Positions 1 to 9,644 of a stretch of 64,000 nt of DNA are shown one piece after another. The notes beneath the pieces are model-generated. The model did no database searches, was not told the DNA's origin, and saw only the letters and a list, made by a program, of their open reading frames with translations. Position 1 is the stretch's first letter, and each line of letters starts with the position of its first letter. Location: contig JBBRSB010000002.1 of assembly GCA_038245785.1 (NCBI GenBank), positions 160,001-224,000 of the forward strand. The letters run 5' to 3'. This stretch comes from Gloeobacterales cyanobacterium (lineage in GTDB: Bacteria; Cyanobacteriota; Cyanobacteriia; Gloeobacterales; PMM-0068). The translations under genes were made by a program, and so were the position numbers.

Positions 1-409
1 TGTTTGTCTTTTTATCCCACAGAATCGGGACAGTGACCCTTCCGGTGTATTGGCTATCGGCTTTGAGATAAATTTCTCGAAGATATTTGGCCTGGAAAAG
101 AGGGTCTGGAATACAGCCTGGCCCCTCGGAAAAAGCCCAGCCGTTTTCTCCCATATAGGGGTCTACTATCGATAGAGAAATCGCTTCTTCTAATCCCTTG
201 AGGCGACGCATGATCACAGTGCGATGAGCCCAGGGACAAGCCAAAGAAACATAGAGATGATAGCGGTTTGCCTCTGCTTCGAAACCACTGGAGCCATCAG
301 CTGTCACCCATTGGCGAAACGTAGTAGATGGCCGGAGGAAATGCCCCTTGTTATCTTCCTGCTCTCGTTCTGAAAGCCACTTGCCTTCAACCAACATGCC
401 CAATGCCAT
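1..409 (-). CDS. Glutathione S-transferase, omega/Xi class (glutathionyl-hydroquinone reductase YqjG-like); 5' part only, runs off the window
   Basis: Hand translation from ATG at 409: MALGMLVEGKW...FRQWVTADGSSGF...RYHLYVSLACPWAHRTVIMRRLKGLEEAI...YTGRVTVPILWDKKT. Contains the CPWA motif. Not in the ORF track because it is truncated. Confidence 0.9.
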   Translation of the reverse strand, partial: MALGMLVEGKWLSEREQEDNKGHFLRPSTTFRQWVTADGSSGFEAEANRYHLYVSLACPWAHRTVIMRRLKGLEEAISLSIVDPYMGENGWAFSEGPGCIPDPLFQAKYLREIYLKADSQYTGRVTVPILWDKKTN

Positions 410-512
410 AGATTCCCCTCGTCTATATCCATCAATATAGAGTGCCGATCAGCTCCTGCGATTCTTCATTTCTGGGATAGGCTGAAGACTATAGCCCAAG
501 AGGATGCATGTT

Positions 513-2234
513 ATGGTCCAAGCTCCCATCAAAACCAATCGCTTAACCGTTCAGGCCGAAATCATCGCCAAAAACACGACAGCACTCCGTAGTTTGGATT
601 GGGACCGGGACCGCTTTGATATCGAGTTTGGGTTGCAAAATGGCACTACCTACAACTCTTTTTTGATTCAAGGCGACCAAACAGCGTTAATTGATACTTC
701 CCACGCCAAGTTTCACCAGCTCTATCTAGAGCTGGTCCGAGGACAGATTGACCCAGCTACGATTGAGTACTTGATCATCAGCCACACAGAGCCAGACCAT
801 AGTGCGCTCGTTCCTGATATTTTGGCCCTCGCGCCCCATGTGACCGTAGTCGCTTCCAAGATGGCGCTACAGTTTTTGAAAGACATGGTGCACAAACCTT
901 TTGCGCAACGGGCTGTAAAAGGCGGCGACCAACTCGATTTGGGCCAGGGGCATATCTTGGAATTCATTCCTGCGCCCAATCTGCACTGGCCCGACACGAT
1001 GTTCACCCATGACCAAGCCACAGGCATTCTCTTCACCTGTGATGCTTTTGGGATGCACTACTGTGATGAACGTCTCTTTGACGAAGACCTGCATGCTATT
1101 GAAAATGACTATCGGTTTTACTACGAATGCCTGATGGCACCGAATGCCCGTTCCGTAGTAAATGCCCTCAATCGCATGGAACCTTTTGAGACCAACACGA
1201 TTGCCACAGGTCACGGTCCCCTGATCCGGATTCATTTAGAGGAGATGGTGGACCGCTATCGCCGCTGGAGCCAGGAGCAAAGTCAGGCAACGACAACCGT
1301 TGCCATCTTCTACACTTCCGACTACGGCTACAGTGACCGTCTCTCTCAGGCCATTGCCCAAGGCATCATCAAAGCCAACGTAGCCGCTGAATTGGTAGAC
1401 CTGCGCGCCACGGACCTGAGCGAAGTGCAAGAAATCATGAGCCGGGTGTCTGGTGTCGTGATTGGAACTCCGCCGACAACTGGACCCAGTGCTCAAGAGG
1501 CTCAGGCTGCCCTAGGCGTGATTCTGGCCAATGTCAAAGAAAAGCAGGCCTTTGGCATCTACGAAGCCTTTGGTGATGAGGATGAACCGATTATTCCTCT
1601 TGTCGGGCGCTTTACGAGTCTGAGCTTAACCGCTGGTTTTCCTGCCATTCGGGTCCAAAGCCAGCCCACCGCCAGTACCTATAAGCTCTGCGAGGAATCG
1701 GGCACGGATTTAGCCCAGTGGTTGACCCGCGATAAGACCATTCAGCAGATGAAGGCCACCGATGTCAATCTGGACAAAGCGATGGGCCGCCTGGCGGGAG
1801 GTTTGTACATTATCACCGCGCAAAAAGGAGACGTACAGAGTGCGATGCTTGCTTCTTGGGTCTCTCAAGCAAGTTTCACTCCGCTTGGTCTTTCGATCGC
1901 CGTAGCGAAGGACCGGGCTATTGAAGCCTTGATGCAAGTGGGCGATACCTTTGTGCTCAACATTTTAGAAGAAGGGAAGTATGCGCCCTTGATGCGTCAT
2001 TTCCTCCAGCGTTTCGGACCGGGTGAAGACCGTTTTGTTGGCGTAGAGACCCTGCAGGCCGAGAATGGCTCTCCAATCTTAAAAGAGGCCTTAGCCTTTT
2101 TGGAGTGTCGGGTCGCGTCGAGGATGGAAACTCCAGACCACTGGCTGGTATACAGCGTAGTGGAAGAGGGCAAAGTATCCAATCCTGAAGGCTTAACCGC
2201 TGTCCATCACCGTAAAGTTGGCAATCACTATTAG
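513..2234 (+). CDS. flv3: Flavodiiron protein, Flv3/Flv4 type (canonical diiron ligands; flavodoxin and flavin-reductase domains)
   Basis: SLDWDRDRFDIEFGLQNGTTYNS, SHTEPDH, NLHWPD, C-terminal HHRKVGNHY. SD AGAGGA is 8 nt before ATG 513; the ORF is open from 504. Confidence 0.88.
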   Translation: MVQAPIKTNRLTVQAEIIAKNTTALRSLDWDRDRFDIEFGLQNGTTYNSFLIQGDQTALIDTSHAKFHQLYLELVRGQIDPATIEYLIISHTEPDHSALVPDILALAPHVTVVASKMALQFLKDMVHKPFAQRAVKGGDQLDLGQGHILEFIPAPNLHWPDTMFTHDQATGILFTCDAFGMHYCDERLFDEDLHAIENDYRFYYECLMAPNARSVVNALNRMEPFETNTIATGHGPLIRIHLEEMVDRYRRWSQEQSQATTTVAIFYTSDYGYSDRLSQAIAQGIIKANVAAELVDLRATDLSEVQEIMSRVSGVVIGTPPTTGPSAQEAQAALGVILANVKEKQAFGIYEAFGDEDEPIIPLVGRFTSLSLTAGFPAIRVQSQPTASTYKLCEESGTDLAQWLTRDKTIQQMKATDVNLDKAMGRLAGGLYIITAQKGDVQSAMLASWVSQASFTPLGLSIAVAKDRAIEALMQVGDTFVLNILEEGKYAPLMRHFLQRFGPGEDRFVGVETLQAENGSPILKEALAFLECRVASRMETPDHWLVYSVVEEGKVSNPEGLTAVHHRKVGNHY

Positions 2235-2245
2235 GAGTTCGTCAT

Positions 2246-4006
2246 ATGGTCAGTGCTCCTCCCACCCCTCGCGATATCCAGGTTCTGTCTGTCGGGGCCG
2301 ATACCTTGATGTTTCGCTCCCGCAGCTGGACCCGCCTCAAATTTGAGGTGGAATATGCCTTACAGCGAGGCACCACCTCCAATTCCTTTTTGATCAAAGG
2401 CGACCGGGTTGCTCTAAGAAGTTTGCCAGGAGAGAGCTTTACAGAGCTTTTCCTCGAACAACTGCAGCAGGTGATTTTCCCGGCTGAATTGGACTATGTG
2501 ATTTTGGGACACATCAATCCCAACCGATTTGCTACCTTACTGAAGCTCTTGCAATTAGCGCCCCATCTGATTGTAGTCTGCTCCAATCCTGGAGCGGTTA
2601 CCCTGAGGGCATTATTGGAAAGTGCGGCCAAGGATAAGGATAATCCGCAGACTATCCCAGAGCCCGAAATCTATGTGGTCAAAGGACAAGAAACCTTAGA
2701 TTTAGGCAAGGGGCATAAACTACAACTGATTCCAACCCCAACGCCTCGTTGGCCAGATGGGATCTGCGCCTATGATCCAAAGACGGCTATCCTCTATAGC
2801 GATAAATTCTTTGGGGCTCATGTGGCCGGCGAGCAGGTCTACGACGATGGGGGCAAGCTTTTTGAAGTAGACCGCAAGTACTACTACGATTGCCTGATGG
2901 CCACCCAAATCAGTCAGGTGGAAATAGCCCTAGAACGTCTAGCACCCTGGTCTACTTCTGCCCAGATTTATGCTCCGGTGAACGGGCCTCTGCTCCGTCG
3001 AGGGGCGCTTGAAATTTTCCAAAACTATCAAGCCTGGAACCGCCAGCAAGCAACCCAACCCCTCTCCGTTGCCCTGCTCTATGCTTCTGCCTATGGCAAT
3101 ACAGCCATCCTTAGCCAGGCGATTGCCCACGGAATTACGAAGGCAGGAGTGGCGGTAGAAACGATTAACTGTGAACATGCGACGCCCGAAGACATCAGAG
3201 AGGCCATAGGCCGCACCCAGGGATTTATTATCGGTTCGCCTACGCTTGGCGGTCATGCTCCAACGCCCATCCAAACGGCTTTGGGCATTATTCTGGCAAC
3301 GGCAGAAAAATCAAAGTTGGCGGGCGTCTTTGGTTCCTATGGCTGGAGCGGCGAAGCAATCGACTTGCTGGAGGAGAAACTTAAAAATGCCGGCTATACC
3401 TTTGGCTTTGCTCCGATACGGGTCAAGTTCACGCCTTCGGACGCTATTCTTCAGCAATGCGAAGAAGCCGGAATCGATTTTGCCCAAGCCCTGAAAAAAG
3501 CTAAAAAAGTTAAACAGATAGCCCGTCCCCTCGCCACCCCTGTTGAGCAAGCTGTTGGTCGTTTAGTCGGCAGTCTCAGCGTTGTTACCGCTCAGAGAGG
3601 AGATGCCACTGGAGCCATGGTAGCTTCTTGGATCTCTCAGGCATCCTTTAATCCTCCGGGTTTGACCGTCGCCGTCGCCAAAGACCGAGCGCTTGAATCT
3701 CTGCTCTATCCAGGCGATGCATTTGTCCTCAATCTGCTGGAAGAAGGTAAACACATCCCGCTGATGAAGCACTTCCTGAAACCTTTTGGACCGGGTGAAG
3801 ACCGCTTCGTCGGTATCGAAACCAAATCGGCTCAGAATGGTTTACCGATCCTCAAAGAGGCTCTGGTCTATCTAGAATGTCGGGTCCAAAGCCGGATGGA
3901 TTGTGGGGACCATTGGTTGGTCTATTGCGCAGCAGAAGCAGGAGATGTGTTCACCCCATCCGCTAAAACGGCAGTCCACTACCGGACTTCAGGAACACAC
4001 TACTAG
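2246..4006 (+). CDS. flv1: Flavodiiron protein, Flv1/Flv2 type (non-canonical ligand set)
   Basis: RLKFEVEYALQRGTT, GHINPNR in place of HTEPDH, PTPRWPD, FGSYGWSGEA. Starts 11 nt after the Flv3-type gene, with SD AGGAG. Confidence 0.85.
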   Translation: MVSAPPTPRDIQVLSVGADTLMFRSRSWTRLKFEVEYALQRGTTSNSFLIKGDRVALRSLPGESFTELFLEQLQQVIFPAELDYVILGHINPNRFATLLKLLQLAPHLIVVCSNPGAVTLRALLESAAKDKDNPQTIPEPEIYVVKGQETLDLGKGHKLQLIPTPTPRWPDGICAYDPKTAILYSDKFFGAHVAGEQVYDDGGKLFEVDRKYYYDCLMATQISQVEIALERLAPWSTSAQIYAPVNGPLLRRGALEIFQNYQAWNRQQATQPLSVALLYASAYGNTAILSQAIAHGITKAGVAVETINCEHATPEDIREAIGRTQGFIIGSPTLGGHAPTPIQTALGIILATAEKSKLAGVFGSYGWSGEAIDLLEEKLKNAGYTFGFAPIRVKFTPSDAILQQCEEAGIDFAQALKKAKKVKQIARPLATPVEQAVGRLVGSLSVVTAQRGDATGAMVASWISQASFNPPGLTVAVAKDRALESLLYPGDAFVLNLLEEGKHIPLMKHFLKPFGPGEDRFVGIETKSAQNGLPILKEALVYLECRVQSRMDCGDHWLVYCAAEAGDVFTPSAKTAVHYRTSGTHY

Positions 4007-4167
4007 CTATTTCGGTTCTGTTGCAAAAGACCTGTTTTTTCTCCCAGGAAATTTAGTTCTTTCAATTCGCTGTCTATTCGGCAAGGGAGAAATTGCCTTT
4101 GCTACAGATCACCTCAGGCTAATCAGACTCATACTATGATGAGGCAGTAAAAATTAACACGGCCAGC

Positions 4168-5097
4168 ATGACAGATCACGACCGACTCTTCAAGGAATTA
4201 CTATCTACCTTTTTTGTAGAGTTTCTAGAACTGTTTCTGCCTCAAGTTGCCCGTGCCATTGAACCCGATTCTCTTGCATTTCTCCCTCAAGAGTATTTTG
4301 CCGATTTGACGGCGGGTGAAAATAAAATTATTGACCTGCTCGCTCAGGTTCGCTTGGCGGGTCAAGAGGTTGGCTTTCTCATTCATCTCGAAGCTCAGGC
4401 ATCCAGTCAACCTGACTTTGCTCGTAGGATATTTTTCTACTTCGCGCGGCTGCATCAAAAGTATCTCCAGCGCATCTATCCCATTGTCCTGTTCTCCTTT
4501 GATGAACCGTACCGACAAGAGCCTAATCGGTATTCAGTTGAATTTGAAGACTTGAAGGTGATGGAATTCAACTTTTTCCCCATTCAGCTCAATCGGCTGA
4601 ACTGGAGAGATTTTCTCAACCAGCGTAATCCAATAGCTGCGGCACTGATGTCAAAAATGAAGATTGACGCAGCCGATCGTCCACGGGTAAAAGTTGAATG
4701 TCTACGGTTACTGGCGACATTGCGATTAGACCCTGCACGCTCTCAGTTGATTTCAGGTTTTGTGGACACCTATCTACGGATGAATGTAGAGGAGGAGCAA
4801 GTATTTCAAACAGCGATTGGTACACTAGAGGAGTCAGAGCGAGAGGGCATCATGCAGATTGTAACTAGCTGGATGGAACAGGGCATCGCTGAAGGCAGAG
4901 CTGAGGGTGAGCAGGTGGGTGAAGCAAGGCTAGTCCTTCGCCAGCTCGCGCGCCGCATTGGTGAAGTGGATTCAGAACTACGATCCAAAGTACAAACATT
5001 GTCTTTAACTAAGCTTGAGTCGCTCGGTGAGGCCCTACTGGATTTCTCGCAACCCGCAGACTTGGTGAAGTGGTTGGAGGGGAATCGGCCTGGTTAA
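4168..5097 (+). CDS. Rpn family recombination-promoting nuclease / putative transposase with C-terminal DUF4351
   Basis: DHDRLFKELL..FF.EFLELF, IHLEAQ, RIFFYFARL; tail LESLGEALLDF..ADL..WL. Confidence 0.9.
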   Translation: MTDHDRLFKELLSTFFVEFLELFLPQVARAIEPDSLAFLPQEYFADLTAGENKIIDLLAQVRLAGQEVGFLIHLEAQASSQPDFARRIFFYFARLHQKYLQRIYPIVLFSFDEPYRQEPNRYSVEFEDLKVMEFNFFPIQLNRLNWRDFLNQRNPIAAALMSKMKIDAADRPRVKVECLRLLATLRLDPARSQLISGFVDTYLRMNVEEEQVFQTAIGTLEESEREGIMQIVTSWMEQGIAEGRAEGEQVGEARLVLRQLARRIGEVDSELRSKVQTLSLTKLESLGEALLDFSQPADLVKWLEGNRPG

Positions 5098-5189
5098 CTC
5101 AAACGGAAGTTGGTGCACTAGAGGAGTCAGAGCGAGAGGGCATCATGCAGATCGTGACTAGCTGGATGGAACAGGGCATCGCTGAAGGC
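4817..5189 (+). repeat. Near-identical direct repeat pair of about 80 bp (4817-4896 and 5110-5189)
   Basis: TTGGT(A/G)CACTAGAGGAGTCAGAGCGAGAGGGCATCATGCAGAT..GT.ACTAGCTGGATGGAACAGGGCATCGCTGAAGGC occurs twice. Confidence 0.92.
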
Positions 5190-5408
5190 GAGCAGCGAGG
5201 CAGACTCGAAGGAGAGCGGTCGCTCGTCATGCGCCTTCTAACCCGTCGACTTGGTACCCTCCCCACAAGCGTTGAGGCACAAGTCCAAGCACTAGACTTA
5301 CCCCGGATTGTGGTCCCTGAGTCTTGTCGAAGGGAGGCTTTGAGTGAAGCGCTCCTAGATTTTGCACAGTGGTCTAATCTGAACGATTGGTTGCAAGTCA
5401 ATTCCTGA
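5145..5408 (+). CDS. Stand-alone RpnS-like DUF4351 protein (duplicated Rpn C-terminus) carrying a 24-nt in-frame insertion
   Basis: MQIVTSWMEQG...LVMRLLTRRLG...EALSEALLDF. Purine-rich SD region upstream, copied from 4817-4896. Confidence 0.75.
   Translation: MQIVTSWMEQGIAEGEQRGRLEGERSLVMRLLTRRLGTLPTSVEAQVQALDLPRIVVPESCRREALSEALLDFAQWSNLNDWLQVNS
5310..5333 (+). repeat. 24-nt micro-element (SDR-like), copy A, in frame within the RpnS-like gene
   Basis: GTGGTCCCTGAGTCTTGTCGAAGG. Removing it restores LPRIEALSEALLDF. Confidence 0.8.
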
Positions 5409-5440
5409 AGAAGTTTAATAAGCTTCCCTCTAAGGAAGTT

Positions 5441-6325
5441 TCAGCTTAAGAGATTTTTCTCCTTCGACAGGCTCTTACTCTGGAATACGCTGCCGAGTGC
5501 CTCTGGGCCTTGCGGTCCTTGCTTTCGCTGTGACAGGCGCGTGATAAGACCCAAAATATAACCCCGTAGCCCAGGGTCATGCGCCTTGAAAAGTTCGCCC
5601 ATCAACCAGAGAACAGGGGCTGCTGCTCCATCGGTTTTTAGCGTTATGGAATCCGTACTAGCATCAATCGATGCTGCTGAGTAGAACACTCTGTAGTTGG
5701 CCCTTCCAGTTTGGAGAACATCGAATAGGGGCTGCAAATTTTGTTCGACTTTTTCTTTCCAATCTTTTCCATTGGCATCCGATTTAATTAAATCTGCTTT
5801 GGTGACTACTAAAGAAAAAGCATATTTGAGCTCATTTAGGTGGGCCAAAGAGGCAATGATCTGGAGCTGATAAATCAATTCATTGAGTCCTTCCATATAG
5901 CTTTCTTCATGGACAAGGGCGTAGCCATCGACAAAGAAGCAACAGCCATGGGACGAGAGGACAATATCTCTAAAAGATTCATTCTCCGGGGTGCAAATTT
6001 CACCAGGGATATCGTGCCAGCCAAAATGACAAAGGGTCTGACTCCCTATCAGACCACGTTGCTTGAGGCTAAAATCAAAATCTAGCGTCTTCATCGTTGC
6101 TGGGGGATATTCTCCTGCACGTGCAACGTAGTCCAAAATAAGCTCGATATTCTTTTTGGCTTGGTCCGTTTGACAGTCAAACCATAGAGGACCCCGTTCT
6201 TTCTGACTGAGGCTCTGCAGTGCTGCATAGCTGCCAGCAAGAAATACGGTTTTGCCCACACCCCTCTGCCCCATAACCAATAGACTAAAGCGTTTGGCAG
6301 GACTTCCAAAAAACAGATTCGGCAT
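5441..6325 (-). CDS. Small TRAFAC-class P-loop GTPase (double-GTPase-like), function unknown
   Basis: G1 GQRGVGKT, G2 PPAT, G3 DIPGE, G4 TKAD, G5-like SA. Confidence 0.75.
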   Translation of the reverse strand: MPNLFFGSPAKRFSLLVMGQRGVGKTVFLAGSYAALQSLSQKERGPLWFDCQTDQAKKNIELILDYVARAGEYPPATMKTLDFDFSLKQRGLIGSQTLCHFGWHDIPGEICTPENESFRDIVLSSHGCCFFVDGYALVHEESYMEGLNELIYQLQIIASLAHLNELKYAFSLVVTKADLIKSDANGKDWKEKVEQNLQPLFDVLQTGRANYRVFYSAASIDASTDSITLKTDGAAAPVLWLMGELFKAHDPGLRGYILGLITRLSQRKQGPQGPEALGSVFQSKSLSKEKNLLS

Positions 6326-6419
6326 ATTGATTAAGTGTATTTTGTCTTTCAGATTGCCTTAGAAGGGGCCTAAATGCAGTATGTGAAACTACTTAGCCTG
6401 GCCGAAGCAGGGATCGCAG

Positions 6420-6800
6420 CTAAGAAACTGAAGGGTGATTGGTATGAGAAAGGTCTTCGATCTGCTTTTCGAGTTCTAGAACCTTGGCTTCTAAAGCTTC
6501 TTCCTCTGTCTTCAGTTGGGAAATCTGAATCTCTTGGGTATGAATCTTGGTATCTTCTTCCTGAACGACCTGTTGAAGCTTTTGGACCTGTTCTTCTGTG
6601 ACCTCTTTGGCATCCGTTGCTATCCGAGGCCCCATGAAGTAGGTATAGACCCACCCCAAACAGAGAACAAATACCACACCGCTTAACCAAGTCCCTGCCG
6701 TAGGAGCGGAAGCTCCTGAAGCAAGAGCAAAACTATAGACCAGCAATACGCCCAAAAGCATCACAAAAAGACTGGAAGGGCGCATAATTTTACGAAGCAT
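6420..6800 (-). CDS. Hypothetical protein with two TM helices and a C-terminal coiled coil
   Basis: Two hydrophobic segments followed by an E/Q/K heptad-rich tail. SD GGAGG upstream. Co-oriented with the GTPase. Confidence 0.7.
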   Translation of the reverse strand: MLRKIMRPSSLFVMLLGVLLVYSFALASGASAPTAGTWLSGVVFVLCLGWVYTYFMGPRIATDAKEVTEEQVQKLQQVVQEEDTKIHTQEIQISQLKTEEEALEAKVLELEKQIEDLSHTNHPSVS

Positions 6801-6908
6801 TAGAGTATCCTCCGGAAAGATTTGGTTTGTCCCTGCTCCGGTTGCGTCAGCACCTGTGCTAACGGCACTCTCATCATAGTGCTCCGTTCATTTAGTGATG
6901 ACTTGCCC

Positions 6909-7781
6909 TTACTTTTCTACAAAGACGATATCTAAGAGATCGGCCTGGAAAGCAATACGGCTATTTCTCTGTTCTAAGAGATCACTAAGCTTTAATTCCA
7001 TCACATCCATAACAACCACCCGGTCATTTTCCATACGAGAACTACCTTCTGTTGAAATCAGCCAGTCACCCAAATTGCCTCGAAAGCCCTTTTCTACCGC
7101 TTTCAAGTAATCGGTACAACGCCGAAATAGCTTAGATAAAATCAATTGCCCATCGGGAGGACTGATAGATTTTTGGTCAATTAAAACGAATTCGCTGGTG
7201 CGGTCTTCTCCCCAAACGCCCAGCTTTTTATCCCGTGCTTCAGAAGCAACCTGACGTAGAAATTCTCGATGACTCAAGGGCGCAGAAGTGTAGGCGGTGT
7301 AATAGGCTAGACCTTCTTCTAAAAGGCGGAAATTAAGAGTTCGTTTTAAAAGGGCATCATCGACTTTTATCCACTGTCCATCGTCCAATTTTTTGGCATC
7401 AAGTAATACATAGGATACAGGACGACCATTGGTTTCAGCAGCGACAGAGAGAATGGCTCCCGGTATTTGCTCTGGATCCGAAGCCGTTACTTTATTGCCT
7501 GTGAATTTAATGTTGGTGAAGCCCATCCAGTCCAAAAGCTGGTCACGGGCTTCTTTGCCCAAAGGCTGAACGGCAGCTCCGTAATGCAATTCTGGAGCAT
7601 CGATCCCCTCAAAGCGAAGCTGAACGCTCTTATCCACATTCGATGGCTTAATCCGAAAAGAGCGCTTGAGCGTGCGATAGAGTTTGGAGTTATTGGCAAT
7701 GAAGCGCACTGAATCTCCATCAGGCTCCTTCCCCACAATCACAAAATTACCTTGGATAACCTGATAGAAAGGTGATGCCAT
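6909..7781 (-). CDS. Thermonuclease (SNase) family protein
   Basis: PDGDSVRF, LRFEGIDAPELHY, GRPVSY, A..ARDKKLGVW. Confidence 0.8.
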   Translation of the reverse strand: MASPFYQVIQGNFVIVGKEPDGDSVRFIANNSKLYRTLKRSFRIKPSNVDKSVQLRFEGIDAPELHYGAAVQPLGKEARDQLLDWMGFTNIKFTGNKVTASDPEQIPGAILSVAAETNGRPVSYVLLDAKKLDDGQWIKVDDALLKRTLNFRLLEEGLAYYTAYTSAPLSHREFLRQVASEARDKKLGVWGEDRTSEFVLIDQKSISPPDGQLILSKLFRRCTDYLKAVEKGFRGNLGDWLISTEGSSRMENDRVVVMDVMELKLSDLLEQRNSRIAFQADLLDIVFVEK

Positions 7782-7849
7782 AGCTCCATTTTCCCCGCGC
7801 GTTATTGGCCGGAATCTTAAAGGAGGAATGTTAAGGAATTATTAAATAA

Positions 7850-8071
7850 CCCTGACAAGCTGATTAGACATTAGAGATTGAAGAGTTTGATTTGTCCGTC
7901 TTTGTATAACTTTTGATACTCATTTCCGAGCTGCTTCACATAATTCATAATCGAGTTCTTATCCTCGTGTGTTCCCACTGTGCTCACAAAATAGCCGCCC
8001 GACCAAAACTCCCCTCTCCACATGTGACGCTTGTGGAAATATAATATTTGACTCTGTACTTGACGATGCAA
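7850..8071 (-). pseudogene. IS200/IS605 TnpA (Y1 transposase) C-terminal remnant
   Basis: MWRGEFWSGGYFVSTVG...IMNYVKQLG..Y.KL....IKLF matches the TnpA C-terminus. The N-terminal HUH region is absent. Confidence 0.75.
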
Positions 8072-8147
8072 GCGACGGAGGAATTGACCCGGAGAGATTA
8101 AAAAATATCGATCTTAATTAACTTTCCGTCAGTTAGCTAAGGCGACC

Positions 8148-9302
8148 ATGGTCCAAGGAGGGCGCGCTATAACGACAAAAATTTCAGCACCATTCTCTAT
8201 TTATTTGGATTTACTTAGGATATTAGCTGCGTCGGTAGTTGTGATTGGTCATTATCCGGTTGGAACCTGGCAATCAGATATCACTAGCCGCTACAACCTC
8301 GGCTATGATGCCGTAGTCGTGTTTTTTGTATTGTCCGGATATGTTATTAGTTATGCAGCAGCTCAAATAGAAAAAACATGGCTTAATTATGTAGTTAATC
8401 GTGCTGCACGGATATTGCCAGTGTCAACTGCAGCGGTTTTATTGTCTCTATTTCTTATGTATTTTGGCCAGCTGTATCGACCTGATTTGTATCCTGATGT
8501 TAGTCAACTTCACAATATTCCTTATTATTTTGGGCTGACAGTGTCCCTCGTTAATGAGTTTTGGTGGAATGATGTTAGGCCGTTTGGTAACGGCCCCTAC
8601 TGGAGCCTTGCACTTGAGGTCTGGTGTTATGTCATATACGGGATCGCTTTATTCGTACGTGGGCGTCAGCGCTTTATTTGGGTGACATTGGCGCTACTGG
8701 CTACGGGACCCAAGCAGATAATTTTCCTACCGGTCTGGCTTGCTGGGTCGTTCGCCTACCATTTGCGTGATAGGTTTACACTTTCTCGAAGTGCTCTTTC
8801 ACTTATGTGCGTCGGGCCAGTTATCACTTACTGTGCTATCCAGCTAAATTCACAATGGGATTGGTCCTATCCGTTGGCTGGGCAGTATATAGAGCGTTGG
8901 CTGGGGCACGGCTTGGATGGGGCTGCTAATTTTGGCTGGGCTTATATTCTCGCACCGCTCGTCGCTGTCCACTTGTTTGCAGTTAATCGCTTAGGGAGTA
9001 TGCTGCATTTCCTAGAGCATCCTGTGATTTCTAATTCGATACGCCGAGTAGCAAGCTATACTTTTAGTCTTTATATTTTTCATTATCCATTGATTACTTT
9101 TTGGAAGGCCATGCTTAATCACAATGCCGATGGCTTTGATCCATTTTACAGAGGTCTCGTATATGCCGGAACCATTATTCCGATAATATTTTTAGCTCGA
9201 ATACTTGAGCATAAAAAAAGATACTATCGCAACTTATTTATCCATCTTTTTACTGTTGCTCAGCGACTCGTTGCTCGGTGGTCTAAGGCCACCTCCCTAT
9301 AG
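8148..9302 (+). CDS. Acyltransferase family 3 (OafA-like membrane acyltransferase)
   Basis: YLDLLRILAA.VVVIGH, VVFFVLSGYVI, NGPYWSLALEVWCY, FSLYIFHYP. Confidence 0.88.
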   Translation: MVQGGRAITTKISAPFSIYLDLLRILAASVVVIGHYPVGTWQSDITSRYNLGYDAVVVFFVLSGYVISYAAAQIEKTWLNYVVNRAARILPVSTAAVLLSLFLMYFGQLYRPDLYPDVSQLHNIPYYFGLTVSLVNEFWWNDVRPFGNGPYWSLALEVWCYVIYGIALFVRGRQRFIWVTLALLATGPKQIIFLPVWLAGSFAYHLRDRFTLSRSALSLMCVGPVITYCAIQLNSQWDWSYPLAGQYIERWLGHGLDGAANFGWAYILAPLVAVHLFAVNRLGSMLHFLEHPVISNSIRRVASYTFSLYIFHYPLITFWKAMLNHNADGFDPFYRGLVYAGTIIPIIFLARILEHKKRYYRNLFIHLFTVAQRLVARWSKATSL

Positions 9303-9432
9303 TAGCCACGAATTGAACCGATTAAGCTACTTAGGGTGAATCCACTCAAGCTAGTAGCCTGCCTGCTGTTTAGACAGTACACAAACAACAAAAAATTTGC
9401 ACGATACTCTGCCTGAATGATCCCCGCAGACA

Positions 9433-9618
9433 ATGGTCATGTTATCGTTAAGAAACCTTACATTACTTAACAAACCCGTGCAAAAAGTAGAAGACTTCGT
9501 TTCCCTCGCCCAGCTCAATCTAGCCAAAAAGTTTCAGAAAAGAGAACAAGGTCCTCTGGAGATCATCCTGTGGCGCTTGGGATTCATCACCACAGACCAG
9601 CTCGCCATGCTCTTCTAG
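9433..9618 (+). CDS. DUF2949 family small cyanobacterial protein
   Basis: GPLEIILWRLGFITTDQL resembles the DUF2949 GPLPMILWQYGL..L.QL motif. Confidence 0.65.
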   Translation: MVMLSLRNLTLLNKPVQKVEDFVSLAQLNLAKKFQKREQGPLEIILWRLGFITTDQLAMLF

Positions 9619-9644
9619 AGAACAGACCGCACGCGACCGACCCT

